Origin: Minisyncoccia bacterium
Lineage (GTDB): Bacteria; Patescibacteriota; Minisyncoccia; Phycocordibacterales; Phycocordibacteraceae
Length of the DNA: 64,000 nucleotides
Assembly: GCA_038207395.1 (NCBI GenBank)
Contig: JBBQZW010000003.1
Coordinates: 115,760 to 179,759, forward strand
Reading direction: 5' to 3'
Of this stretch, positions 38,058-48,800 are shown in pieces; within the stretch, counting starts at the first letter, position 1, and each line of letters starts with the position of its first letter. The translations under genes and the position numbers were made by a program. The notes under the pieces are model-generated. The model saw only the letters and a list, made by a program, of their open reading frames with translations. It had not been told where the DNA came from and did not search any database.

Positions 38058-38744
38058 CTACCAGCCCGTTTTGTCAATTGCTGCCTGCGCTGCTGATTGT
38101 TCTGCTTCCTGCTTAGAATGTCCTTCTCCTTCAGCAATATGCTCATCTCCTACAAAGACACCCACACGAAATACTTTGTCATGATCAGGACCAACTTCAC
38201 TCAGAGTCTTATATCCAGGGGTCTTCCCTTTCTTCTCCTGCGCCAATTCCTGGAATTTACTCTTCGCATCCTGCCACGTCCGCGAACTTACGACAGGTTC
38301 AATTTTTGGATACAGATGTTTTGCGATGAACGCTTCTGCAGCCGCATACCCTTGGTCTAAATAGATTGCGCCGAGCAGTGCCTCAAAGGCATTTGCTAAA
38401 ATGATCTGGCGTGCACGCCCCGTATCTTTACTCTCACCTTTAGAAAGAAAGAGCATGTCGTTAAGACCAATCAATTCAGCACTCTCGGCAAGCGAAACGG
38501 TATTCACGAGCGCAGCGCGGAATGAGGTGAGGTCGCCTTCTGGTTTACGAGGGTATTTTGTAAATAGAAAATGCGTGACAGCGAGCTCAAGGACCGCGTC
38601 TCCCAAAAACTCAAGACGTTCATTGTGTGAGCGAGCATCCTTGTGCTCATTTAGGTAGGAACGGTGCGTTAATGCCTCTTCAAAGAAGCTGTAGTCGTTA
38701 AACGTGATGCCGAGTGCAGCGGCGTGCGCTGATAAGTCCTTCAT
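38058..38744 (-). CDS. rnc: Ribonuclease III
   Basis: ALTHRS, NERLEFLGDAVL, FEALLGAIYLD, C-terminal dsRBD. Confidence 0.97.
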   Translation of the reverse strand: MKDLSAHAAALGITFNDYSFFEEALTHRSYLNEHKDARSHNERLEFLGDAVLELAVTHFLFTKYPRKPEGDLTSFRAALVNTVSLAESAELIGLNDMLFLSKGESKDTGRARQIILANAFEALLGAIYLDQGYAAAEAFIAKHLYPKIEPVVSSRTWQDAKSKFQELAQEKKGKTPGYKTLSEVGPDHDKVFRVGVFVGDEHIAEGEGHSKQEAEQSAAQAAIDKTGW

Positions 38745-38865
38745 GTACTCACAGCTTGCCGTGTTAGGGGTAAAAAGACAAGATTATGCACTGCGGTAAA
38801 AAAGTATCCAAACATTAGACTCTTGAGATAGGCTTTCTTCAGTTCTATGCTAGGGTTCAGCTATT

Positions 38866-39492
38866 ATGTGTTTTTCTGCTACAGCAAGCTTCTTAGCAGC
38901 AACCACGCTAACTTCCGTTGGTGTAGTGACAGCAGTCTCAACAAAGGAAAAGAAAGAGCTTCCTCTAGCTCTTATTCCCGTATTCTTTGGAGTTCAACAA
39001 TTCATTGAAGGTTTCGTATGGCTTTCATTTTCTTGGAATAACGCCCTACTAAATACTGTTTCCACTAATCTTTTTGTACTATTCGCTTTTGTCATCTGGC
39101 CCATTTACATACCACACGCTGTCAGATTAGTTGAGACCGTGCCGTGGCGTCGGAAAGGCCTAACTATCCTTCAGGTCTTTGGTATTCTTGTCGGACTATT
39201 TCTCATCTACTCACATATCCACACTCCCGTAACGTCAGAAATAATAAACAAATGTATTGTCTATAACGCGAGTTACTCATTTGAACCATTTGTGGTGATT
39301 GCGTACCTTTCATCTACTGCCCTCAGCCTTCTTATCTCTAGTAAAAAGTCCATCCAAGTATTTGGTATCCTCGTACTTACCTCCGCTCTTATATCTTGGT
39401 GGTTTTACTTCAGACCATTCATCTCAGTATGGTGTTTCTTCGCTGCAATATTGAGTCTGTATATTTTTTTAGTTTTTAAGAAAGGCTTATAA
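38866..39492 (+). CDS. DUF6629-like multi-TM protein
   Basis: MCFSATASF, QQFIEGFVW, SVWCFFAA. Confidence 0.75.
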   Translation: MCFSATASFLAATTLTSVGVVTAVSTKEKKELPLALIPVFFGVQQFIEGFVWLSFSWNNALLNTVSTNLFVLFAFVIWPIYIPHAVRLVETVPWRRKGLTILQVFGILVGLFLIYSHIHTPVTSEIINKCIVYNASYSFEPFVVIAYLSSTALSLLISSKKSIQVFGILVLTSALISWWFYFRPFISVWCFFAAILSLYIFLVFKKGL

Positions 39493-39563
39493 TTGCTTAT
39501 TCATAGTAATTAAGCATTGGTCTTACTCACACAAACCACATCCTCAAAGTGTATTGTTACGAT

Positions 39564-39797
39564 ATGACTACCCAAGAATTCAAGATTAACGGCGAAGACC
39601 TTGTTTCTAAGGTGAAAGAGTTAGCGCATGAGAGCAGTATCCGTCGTATTATTATTAAGAACGAAAAAGGCGAAACTGTTCTTGAGGTGCCAATGACCGT
39701 AGGGGCTATTGGGGTAATCCTCCTCCCAACACTCGCGGCGATTGGAGCTGTCGCTGCACTTCTCACAAAATGTTCAATTATTGTTGAAAAGAAATAA
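39564..39797 (+). CDS. DUF4342 protein
   Basis: VKELAHESSIRRIIIKN..VLEVPMTVG..LAAIGAVAALLTKCSIIVEK. Confidence 0.85.
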   Translation: MTTQEFKINGEDLVSKVKELAHESSIRRIIIKNEKGETVLEVPMTVGAIGVILLPTLAAIGAVAALLTKCSIIVEKK

Positions 39798-39801
39798 TTA
39801 T

Positions 39802-39969
39802 ATGGAAAAAATCAGAATTGAGAATCATACATTTTCGGGAGGGCTTTGGATTGCGGCATGGCTCTTTACGATAGGATATCTGAATCTTTCATTCTGGACA
39901 GCAGTTCTTGCCGCACTTCTTTGGCCCTACTACCTAGGTAATTCGCTTAGTTATTTAAGCCTCCACTAA
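39802..39969 (+). CDS. Small membrane protein
   Basis: GGLWIAAWLFTIGYLNLSFW..LWPYYLG; start ATG 39802. Confidence 0.7.
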   Translation: MEKIRIENHTFSGGLWIAAWLFTIGYLNLSFWTAVLAALLWPYYLGNSLSYLSLH

Positions 39970-39987
39970 CAGTACTAGTCAGGAGTC

Positions 39988-40605
39988 TTACACGCTTGCA
40001 AGCGCGAGTTTGGAAGAAGGTTCCCGAACAGTGATGTACCGCATCTTCCATGCTGCACGAAATGTTTCAACTGAAATTGTTTTCTGTCCACTCTTTGCCG
40101 CAGGGTCGTTGTAGTACACGAGACCATTCTTAACTCCGGTTACAACGACTAAATGAGGGATAGGGTTTTTAGGATCGAATTTATAGTGAACAGATGCGAT
40201 AACCGGACCTTGTGTGAGTGCATGGCTAAATGACGCGTACGCCGCGGCTGAACCTGAAGACGCCAGGTCTGTGGCGACACCAGTAAGACCATGCTGCTTA
40301 GCAACTTTGAGAAGACCGCTGTAAGTCCAGCCGGCTTCCGAATATGCACCTGCATTAATCCCCTCTGTTAGGAGCGTATCGACTGACACTGGTGATTTTT
40401 TATAAAAACTTATCAACATCGCTAGACTTGTTATGCCACAGCCAACCTTCTGCCACTTCGGCGAGGTTATGTTTGAGAACTGCGAATAGAAAGGAACGGT
40501 GGGAACAGCAGCAAGTGGGGATGAAACGGTTGTGACCGCACGTGCTGATAGTGGCGTAGAGACAACGACCGTCAATGCGATTAGCATTGGTATAAAGAGC
40601 TTCAT
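39988..40605 (-). CDS. Secreted C39-like peptidase
   Basis: Signal peptide; VPFYSQ, CGITSLAM (Cys), HLVVVTG (His), YYNDP. Confidence 0.85.
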   Translation of the reverse strand: MKLFIPMLIALTVVVSTPLSARAVTTVSSPLAAVPTVPFYSQFSNITSPKWQKVGCGITSLAMLISFYKKSPVSVDTLLTEGINAGAYSEAGWTYSGLLKVAKQHGLTGVATDLASSGSAAAYASFSHALTQGPVIASVHYKFDPKNPIPHLVVVTGVKNGLVYYNDPAAKSGQKTISVETFRAAWKMRYITVREPSSKLALASV

Positions 40606-40644
40606 AGGCTCATCATCCCAGAGACTACGGATAACGCAACGCCC

Positions 40645-41547
40645 TTAAGGTTCTACCGATACCTTCATTCCAATATGAGCCCACAGATAAAGCTTCTTTG
40701 CATTTTCGGGAGAAAGATTCACACAGCCATGACTCCAAGGTTGTCCAAAACTGTTATGCCAATACGCTCCATGAATAACGTCCCCCTCGGAGGTAAAATA
40801 CAAATTCCAAGGCACACCTGGTAGGTCATATGCTTGCGAAGACACTCCAACGATTGGCCCTTGCATATAGCGACTTGGAGTCATTGCATACACCGTGAAG
40901 TTTCCTACAGGGGTAGGGGTCAGATTAAGACCATTTGATATTGACTCTTGCATGTATAGAATGTCACCGTCATAAGCATAGAGCATTTCTTCTGAGAGCT
41001 TCACCACGATTCGTTTGGTAGTGGTTTCTATTTCCCCCTTGATTAGCCGGTGATCACCATCGTCTTGCAATAACGTGACCGCGTCAGCTAGTACATACCA
41101 CCCAGTTTTCACTCGTTCAGGGTAGCGAAGTTCAGCATCTTGTTGAATCTTGTACCAGTCCTTACCATCCTTTCCGGTAACCGTGCCCGCAACCTTTAGC
41201 ACCATTCCATCGCGAAGGCGTAACACAACAGGAGACTCGGTGCTGGGGCCTGAGCGCATATTTACGCACGTTCCTTCGTATGACCAGTTACAACCTCCCG
41301 TTACCTCGATGTATGGAAATAGTTTTGGACTTACGGGAACTACTTCTGCAAGCACGTCCTCTGCTGGCGTGGTAGTAGCGTTAGTAATTAAATCAACGGC
41401 GGCAGGAAGCTTTGTGGGAGATGGGGATTGGAAAAGTATACCTATCGTAGCAGCGATAGCTATAGTAAGTACCCCCAGAATAAGAAGTGTCGCGCGCGGG
41501 CGTTCAGTGAAGAATATGGTGTTCATACACCGTTCTTCGTCATGCAT
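40645..41547 (-). CDS. L,D-transpeptidase (YkuD) with SH3b-like domain
   Basis: VNMRSGPST, TPVGNF, IHGAYWH..SHGCVNL. Confidence 0.9.
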   Translation of the reverse strand: MHDEERCMNTIFFTERPRATLLILGVLTIAIAATIGILFQSPSPTKLPAAVDLITNATTTPAEDVLAEVVPVSPKLFPYIEVTGGCNWSYEGTCVNMRSGPSTESPVVLRLRDGMVLKVAGTVTGKDGKDWYKIQQDAELRYPERVKTGWYVLADAVTLLQDDGDHRLIKGEIETTTKRIVVKLSEEMLYAYDGDILYMQESISNGLNLTPTPVGNFTVYAMTPSRYMQGPIVGVSSQAYDLPGVPWNLYFTSEGDVIHGAYWHNSFGQPWSHGCVNLSPENAKKLYLWAHIGMKVSVEP

Positions 41548-41777
41548 TTACTATACTAAATTTTCTTAAAAAGTCCATTCTTGGCTCTTTCTGTCTATTG
41601 TAGACTTACGTAAATACTTGACTAAATTCGTACATTATAGTATTTTATATAACGTTACGTTTCTCCATGAGAGTCGATGTTTACGGCTTATGCAGTTTCT
41701 ACTGCCCTTTTTACAACTAGGCCGTAAACACCATCTCTTATTGAGCCACGAAGCGGCACTTACTTATCTACAAACAT

Positions 41778-42392
41778 ATGGCTGAATACAAAAAGAATAC
41801 TCGTTTCGGAGGACCTTCCCGTCCTTCATTTAATCGTGGTGGAAATTCTGTTGGATACGCTGGCTCACGTGATTCACGTGGCGGCTCCCGCGATTTCGCT
41901 CAGAAAGAACTCTTTGACGCTGAGTGCGCAAAGTGTCATGACCGCTGCCAAGTTCCTTTCCGTCCTAACGGAAAGAAGCCCGTCTTCTGTGCAAAGTGCT
42001 TTACACAGGATTCTGAACGTGGTTCAGAGCGCAGTTCTGAAGGAAACAGTGGATACGCACATCCCGCAAAGCGTGAGTTCGGACCGTCTCGTGCACCCCG
42101 TTTTGATGCACCAGCACCATCTGCCTCAGCAGTTCCTGACCGAACCGTTCAGGAACTTAAGAATCAGATTGAACGCATGAATGTAACGCTTGAAAAACTC
42201 GTTACTGCCGTTGATACCTTCAACCGTGCAACAGCACTCACGAAAGAAATTCGTAAGCACTTCCCTGCAGATAAACCAGCTCCAGCGCCTGCAAAGAAAG
42301 TAAGTAAAGAAGAACCCGCAACAAAGCCTGTCGCTAAGAAAGCTGCTGCAAAGAAGCCCGTTAAGAGTGCAAAGTCTTCAAAGAAAGCGTAA
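41778..42392 (+). CDS. CxxC-x17-CxxC zinc-ribbon protein with RGG N-terminus and AKKP tail
   Basis: LFDAECAKCHDRCQVPFRPNGKKPVFCAKCF. Confidence 0.88.
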   Translation: MAEYKKNTRFGGPSRPSFNRGGNSVGYAGSRDSRGGSRDFAQKELFDAECAKCHDRCQVPFRPNGKKPVFCAKCFTQDSERGSERSSEGNSGYAHPAKREFGPSRAPRFDAPAPSASAVPDRTVQELKNQIERMNVTLEKLVTAVDTFNRATALTKEIRKHFPADKPAPAPAKKVSKEEPATKPVAKKAAAKKPVKSAKSSKKA

Positions 42393-42641
42393 GTAAAAAG
42401 TTTTAACGAAAAGCTGCGGCGCCAAAGGCGCCGCAGCTTTTCTTGTATAGAAACACAAAACCGCCAGCGTAAACCAGCGGAACGTGGAAAGCCGTCACTT
42501 TAGCCTCGCTGACGTCTCCCGGAGATAGAGGAAGCTGCGTTCTCTTACGAGACAGCATGGCTATAAATAGCCGATAGGTTTACTTAGCACCCACTAGAAG
42601 CAAGTATACGCTTCTTATCTAATTAAGCTAATTAACCCACC

Positions 42642-43556
42642 CTATCGATGCGCTACTGATTTCTCACGCGCCTTATCCAAAAGCTTCTGTACTGCTGCCG
42701 TTACGATAGGAAGCATGTCGTCATAGAAATTAAGATCAAGAATATCAGGAAGACGGAACCACTTCGCATCATCAAGTCCTCCGCTCTTCTTAAGCTCAAG
42801 CGTTTCGAATGGTGCCTGTACTAAATAGAAGTACACATGCTTACGTACTTTTCCCTTCTCAGGATGAGACGCAACGTATTCGTTTTCTCCAACCATCTCT
42901 TCAACCGTTGCCGTAAGTCCGAGCTCGCCGAGCACCACGCGCGCTACGCCCACTTCGTTCGTTGGATCTTCTTCAATATGCCCTTTAGAAAGAGTCCAGC
43001 GTCCAAATACATCATGCACAAGCGCAAGGTAATACTGACCTTCGTGTTCAGCATATACAATGGCTCCTCCAAGTTTTTCGAGTGGCAAGTCTTCGCGCTT
43101 AACACGCTCTTTCTTTCCCTTTTCATCTTTTCCTGGCTCACCGAGTTCTTTATATACGGCGCCAAGGACACCGTTCACGAAACGTCCTGAAGAATCTCCA
43201 CCGAACACCTTCGCAAGTTCGATAGCTTCGTTGATAGCAACTTTCGCAGGTACTTGTGTACGGTCAGCGAACAAAAGCTCAAAAAGCCCAATACGTAAAA
43301 TGTTTCTATCTACAGGCGCAATCTTATCCAAAGGCCAGTCCGGCGCTGCTTTCGTAATCACCAGGTCGAGGTCTTCGCGCTTTGCGAGAACTCCCTTGAG
43401 GAGAGCTTCCATAAACATCTTGTCTGTGTCCTCTCCGCCAAACTCATCTACGTTACGTGCAAGCATTACGGGAACCGCAGAAGGGTCTGCAGCGGTAGTG
43501 TCCCACTCAAAGAGTGTTTGCAGTACAACGGAGCGGGCTAAGTGGCGGTTGGCCAT
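42642..43556 (-). CDS. nusB: NusB fused to a C-terminal NUDIX-fold domain
   Basis: RHLARSVVLQTLF, DRNILRIG, AINEAIELAK.FG..SGRFVNGVLG; WTLSKGHIE. Confidence 0.9.
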   Translation of the reverse strand: MANRHLARSVVLQTLFEWDTTAADPSAVPVMLARNVDEFGGEDTDKMFMEALLKGVLAKREDLDLVITKAAPDWPLDKIAPVDRNILRIGLFELLFADRTQVPAKVAINEAIELAKVFGGDSSGRFVNGVLGAVYKELGEPGKDEKGKKERVKREDLPLEKLGGAIVYAEHEGQYYLALVHDVFGRWTLSKGHIEEDPTNEVGVARVVLGELGLTATVEEMVGENEYVASHPEKGKVRKHVYFYLVQAPFETLELKKSGGLDDAKWFRLPDILDLNFYDDMLPIVTAAVQKLLDKAREKSVAHR

Positions 43557-43666
43557 AGAAAGATCAGGTTTATATAAGAGTACCAGTCAAAGTGGGAAAT
43601 GCGCAACTGATAGCGTCTGTGTAGAACCCTAGCCATTTATGGAAATGGCGAATCTTTGGTAGTGTT

Positions 43667-44173
43667 ATGAGATCTATGAAGAATCTTTCACGATACTGGC
43701 CTATTCTGGCACTCTATCTACTATCTGCAGCACTGGCCGCATTCTCAGTTCAGTTCAATCAACATCCCGACTACATGTCCCATTTTATGGGCTTTGTGAT
43801 TGTGTTGTTCGGACTAAGTAAGGTCGGAGATATTTCTGGCTTTGCAAAAGGATTTGCTAAATACGACCCCATAGCTCGAAAAAGTTCAATCTATGCCAAG
43901 ACATATCCTTTCTTAGAGATTCTTCTTGGAATTCTCTTTATCGGACAGCTTTTCGTACTTCCTACTACACTCATTACATTCGTTATATATAGCGCTAGTT
44001 TGTGGGGAGCTCTACACTCAGTTAAAAAAGGTCAAAAACTTCAATGCGTCTGTCTTGGCACATTCATTGCCCTTCCCCTTTCTACCGTTACCCTGCTCGA
44101 AGCAGTATTTATGATTGGCATGTGTATCTGGATGCTTTTCATGCTATTTCTTATGCCAGGTATGGTCATGTAG
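43667..44173 (+). CDS. MauE/DoxX-family membrane protein
   Basis: FAKYDPIA..YPFLE..LQCVCLGT..LPLS. Confidence 0.8.
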   Translation: MRSMKNLSRYWPILALYLLSAALAAFSVQFNQHPDYMSHFMGFVIVLFGLSKVGDISGFAKGFAKYDPIARKSSIYAKTYPFLEILLGILFIGQLFVLPTTLITFVIYSASLWGALHSVKKGQKLQCVCLGTFIALPLSTVTLLEAVFMIGMCIWMLFMLFLMPGMVM

Positions 44174-44263
44174 TACTCAGTGCTTGGTAGGTCTGCGGTA
44201 CGAAAAGAAAGAAGCGCAGCCAAGGCTGCGCTTCTTTCTTTTTTAGGTATCTAAGAAATTCGA

Positions 44264-44626
44264 CTATGCTCCCCCACCAAATCCAGAACGTGACTTTGCC
44301 TTTCCAAGTGTCATGCGGCCCATGAGACCTTTCTTGTCTGTGTTTGTCGTTGTATCAATGTGGATTGGCTCCTTTGCTCCCTCTATATGATCGTGATCAT
44401 GTTCTTTCTTTCCCTTAGCAATTTTCTTCTCGTGCTCTGCCTTGGCCTTCATTTCCTTCTTAGGAAGGATCTGCTTACCGCGGTACATACCGGTGGTTTC
44501 ATCCAAACGGTGTGGGAGACGGAGCGCACCGCTTTCTTTATCGGCTACGATCGAATTAGCCGTAAGCGCGTGGTGGCTTCGTCGGTTTTTGCTATGGGAA
44601 CTGGTGTGGCGCATTCGTACTGACAT
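44264..44626 (-). CDS. rpmF: 50S ribosomal protein L32 (Cys-free) with C-terminal extension
   Basis: [30 protein letters not shown]. Confidence 0.88.
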   Translation of the reverse strand: MSVRMRHTSSHSKNRRSHHALTANSIVADKESGALRLPHRLDETTGMYRGKQILPKKEMKAKAEHEKKIAKGKKEHDHDHIEGAKEPIHIDTTTNTDKKGLMGRMTLGKAKSRSGFGGGA

Positions 44627-44706
44627 ATGTTTAGGACAATACCATATACCGCGCCCGGTGGAAAGGGTCTGTGTTTAAGGGCTTTTTAAACACAGACTGG
44701 GGTGTA

Positions 44707-45205
44707 CTATAAAAGGACTGCCGGGAGACATACATCCATAACGGCAGGTTCGGCGTTAGGTGAGAACTCAAATAAGGGGGCGAACATGCCCACTCTCAAA
44801 CCACCGGATATAGTCATCGTGCCTATTCGAATCGATCCTGGGTAGTTCTTTATTGCACATACCTGAACATTACATATCCATATATGGATATGTCCATAAG
44901 CGGTCGGCGGGGACTTGTTCCCGCTGACCAAACTTTTTATACACACACCTAGTATGAACGCCGCCTCAACCTGTTTGGTTGGGCGGCGCTTCTTCATTGG
45001 TGATTCGCGAAGGTAATCCGGGACAGACTTCAGCATCTCGGCGTGGTATCCAAACGCTTCCATCGGAATCGCTCCTACCGCAAAACAAAAATCGTGCATG
45101 AATTTTGCACTTTCCTGCACTTGCCACACAGGTGCGACAAGGTATCGGCAGGTAGTCAATTGATTCGTGGGGGTCGTGAGACGATACTTGAATGCGTGAC
45201 ATCAA
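44707..45205 (-). other. ORFan locus, possibly frameshifted (overlapping ORFs 44966-45205 and 44707-45159)
   Basis: SD AGGAG precedes the short frame; the longer frame has no good start. Confidence 0.35.
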
Positions 45206-45255
45206 TGCTCTCCTATACGTTTTTGTGGTACTAACCAGTCTATGGTGTACTCCTG

Positions 45256-45855
45256 TTACGAAGTACGGTCAAGGTGAATAAACGTACGGCGGTGGATATC
45301 TGAAAGTCCATGGGTGCGCAACGCATCCATATGTACCGACGTTCCATATCCCTTATGGTTACCGAATCCATACTGCGGGTACTGCTTATCGAGCGCAATC
45401 ATGAGGCGGTCCCGGGTTACTTTTGCAGCAATAGAGGCGAGCATGATTGAAGGGATGAGCGAGTCACCTTTAATCACCGTCTCTTGGTGAAAACGTGCTG
45501 GCGCATAAAGACTTCCATCAAGCCATACCTTTGTTTCAGGTAGATCATCGGCGGAACACAATTTCTCAAGGCCGGTACTGAGCGCTTCGCGTATGACCAC
45601 CGCAATCCCTTTCGCATCAATGTCCTCAGCAGAGCGAAGTTCAACACCATACGAAATATCACCCGATTGAACATGTTCTTCGAGAAGAGAAAACAGCTGC
45701 TCTCGTTTCTTTTCACTCAGTTTCTTTGAGTCGTTGAGCCCTGGGAATGCATTTACTATATCGAAAGATTCAGGTGCGCGAACAAAACCTACGGATACGG
45801 GGCCCGCGAGCGGGCCCCTCCCTGCCTCATCAATACCAATGACCCATTTCATCAC
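45256..45855 (-). CDS. rnhB: Ribonuclease HII
   Basis: GIDEAGRGPLAGPV, DSKKL, KGD, ASIAAKVTRD, HKGYGT. Confidence 0.96.
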   Translation of the reverse strand: MMKWVIGIDEAGRGPLAGPVSVGFVRAPESFDIVNAFPGLNDSKKLSEKKREQLFSLLEEHVQSGDISYGVELRSAEDIDAKGIAVVIREALSTGLEKLCSADDLPETKVWLDGSLYAPARFHQETVIKGDSLIPSIMLASIAAKVTRDRLMIALDKQYPQYGFGNHKGYGTSVHMDALRTHGLSDIHRRTFIHLDRTS

Positions 45856-45892
45856 CTCATACTAGCAGGAGCATTTCTGGTATTCTGTACTA

Positions 45893-48800
45893 ATGCCTGG
45901 TCGCTTCATTCATCTCCACACCCACAGCCACTACAGCTTCCTCCAGGCACTTCCTAAGGTACCGGCACTAGTGGGCGCTGCAAAGGACGCAGGTATGGAC
46001 GCACTCGCGCTTACGGACACGGGAAATCTCCACGGCGCTATTGAGTTCTATAAGACGGCGGAGAAGAAAGGGATAAAGCCCATCATTGGTGTGGATATGT
46101 ATATGGCGCCCCGTACGCGTTTCGATAAAGATCCGGTACAAGACGCGAAGCGAAGCCGTATCGTGCTACTCGCAGAAAATAATCAGGGATATAAAAATCT
46201 TTTAAAGCTAGTGTCCGCCGGACAGGTTGAAGGTTTCTTTGAAAAGCCGCGTATTGATAGGGACATTTTGCGTGAACTAAAAGAAGGCATCATTGCCATA
46301 CTCCCCTCTTTTGCTGGAGATCCTGCACGCTTGTTAGCAGCTGGAGACAGGGCTGGAGCATCAGCTTCACTCGCAGAGTATCAAAGTATATTTGGTCCAG
46401 ATCATTTGTATCTTGAAATTTCGCATCACCCTCGTGCTGAAGGACATGAAAAGCGTATGCAGGAATTGAAAACACTTTCAAAAGAATCGGGTGTTCCTCT
46501 TTTGGCTCAGCATGACGTGTACTACTTGAAGCCGGAAGATCGTGAAGCGACAGAAGTCATGCGCCGCATTGGGCTCGGAGGCACGGGAGGAAGCGAAGAC
46601 GAAGACTTTTCATTTGTAAGCGAAGCGCAGATGCGTGAGTGGTTTGAAGATGTGCCCGAAGCAGTGGATGCCTCAGGCGAAATTGCAGACCGTTGTAGCG
46701 TGACGCTTGAACTTGGTTCTTGGAACTTTCCGAAAGTGGATACCGCGCCCGGAAAGACACATGAAGACATGCTTCGCGAAGACACGTACACAGGACTAGT
46801 TCGCCGAAACATGGAGGAAACTCCTGAGGTACTTGAACGTATTGAATACGAACTTGGTGTTATTAACGGCAAAGGATTCGCACCCTACTTTCTTGCCGTG
46901 TCTGATTTGCTTAATCATGCCAAGGAAGCAGGCATTTTAGCTACGACCCGCGGCTCCGCCGCGGGCTCCCTCGTTTCCTATCTCACGGGTATCACCACCG
47001 TGGACCCTATAGAGTACAAACTCCCCTTTGAACGATTCCTTAACCCTGAACGCCCCAAGGCGCCGGACATCGACATGGACTTTGCCGATAACCGGCGTGA
47101 TGAGATGATTGCGTACGCGAAAGAAAAGTACGGAGCAAATAATGTCGCGCAAATAGGAACGTTCGGGACTATGATGGCGCGCGCTGCCGTGCGTGACGTT
47201 GCCCGGGCGCTCGGTCACTCATACGGCACGGGAGACCGTATCGCAAAGCTCATTCCACTCGGCGCGCAAGGGTTCCCCATGACCATCACGCGTGCACTTG
47301 GCCTTGAACCGGAGCTCAAACAAATCTATGACGAAGATGATGATATTCGGGAAGTGATTGATCTCGCGAAGCAGATTGAAGGATGCGCGCGTCAGACAGG
47401 AGTACACGCCGCAGGTGTGGTTATTTCTCCCACCCCACTCACGGACTGGACTCCCCTTCAGGTTGATCCAAAGACCGGTAAGCTCATCACGCAATACGAC
47501 ATGCACGCCGTGGAAGAAGCTGGTCTCTTGAAATTCGACTTCTTGGGCATTAAGAACTTAGCGATTATTGCAGACGCTGTGGAGCGCGTGCGTAGCACGC
47601 GCGGCGTCGATATTGATATTGAAACAATTCCGATTGACGACACCAAAACATTTGAAATGCTCGCGCGCGGAGATACAGAAGGAACCTTCCAGCTCAACGG
47701 TTCCGGCATGACGCGCTATCTTAAGGAACTTAAACCAACCACCATCCATGACATTAATGCCATGGTGGCGCTGTATCGCCCGGGCCCGATGGAAACTATT
47801 CCAACGTACATTGAACGCAAACAAAATCCTGCACTCGTTCGCTACCTCGATGAGCGCATGAAAGACTACCTCGACGCTTCATACGGACTCTTGGTGTATC
47901 AGGATGACGTTCTTCTCACGGCCATCACGCTCGGTGGATATTCCTGGCTTGAGGCAGACACCCTTCGTAAAGCTATGGGTAAAAAGATTCCTGCAGAGAT
48001 GGAGGCACAGAAAGAAAAACTTCTAACGGGATTCAAAGAACATGGAAAAATATCTGCTGCAAAAGGAGATCAACTCTGGAAGCTTATTGAACCCTTTGCC
48101 GCCTACGGTTTCAACAAGGCGCACGCAGCGTGCTATGGAAAAGTAGCGTATCAAACGGCCTATCTAAAGGCTAATTATCCTGTTGAGTATATGGCTGCCG
48201 TACTTACGGCGGACGCAGGCGACACGGAAGCCATCTCTATATTCGTGGCCGAAAGCGTGCGTCTTGGTATTCCGGTTCTCCCGCCTGATGTAAACGAAAG
48301 TGGTACTGACTTCACCGTCGTGAAAGATGGTGCAGAAAATGCACAAGGAACACCAGTCGATGCAATCCGCTTTGGTCTTTCGTCTATAAAAAACTTCGGT
48401 GAAGGAATTGCACACGCTATTTTGGATGAACGAAATGCAAAAGGACCCTATACTTCGCTCGCTGACTTTCTTGCACGTGTTGCAAATAAATCACTAAATA
48501 GAAAATCACTCGAGTCACTCATTAAAGGCGGGGCGCTCGACCGATTCACTGAAGGATCAAGGGGACGTGGCCACCTCATTACACACATTGAAACACTCCT
48601 CGCCTTTCACCGTGACGCTACGGCAGAAAAACCTCAGGACTCTCTCTTTGGCGCGATGGTCCTTACTCCGACCCTCACCCTTCCTCCTCCCTTTGGTGAA
48701 ACTCCCGCTGCAGAAAAACTCGCCTGGGAAAAAGAACTTCTTGGTATTTACGTTTCGGGACACCCCCTTGAAGCGCATGAGGCTATTCGTGCAAAGGCAG

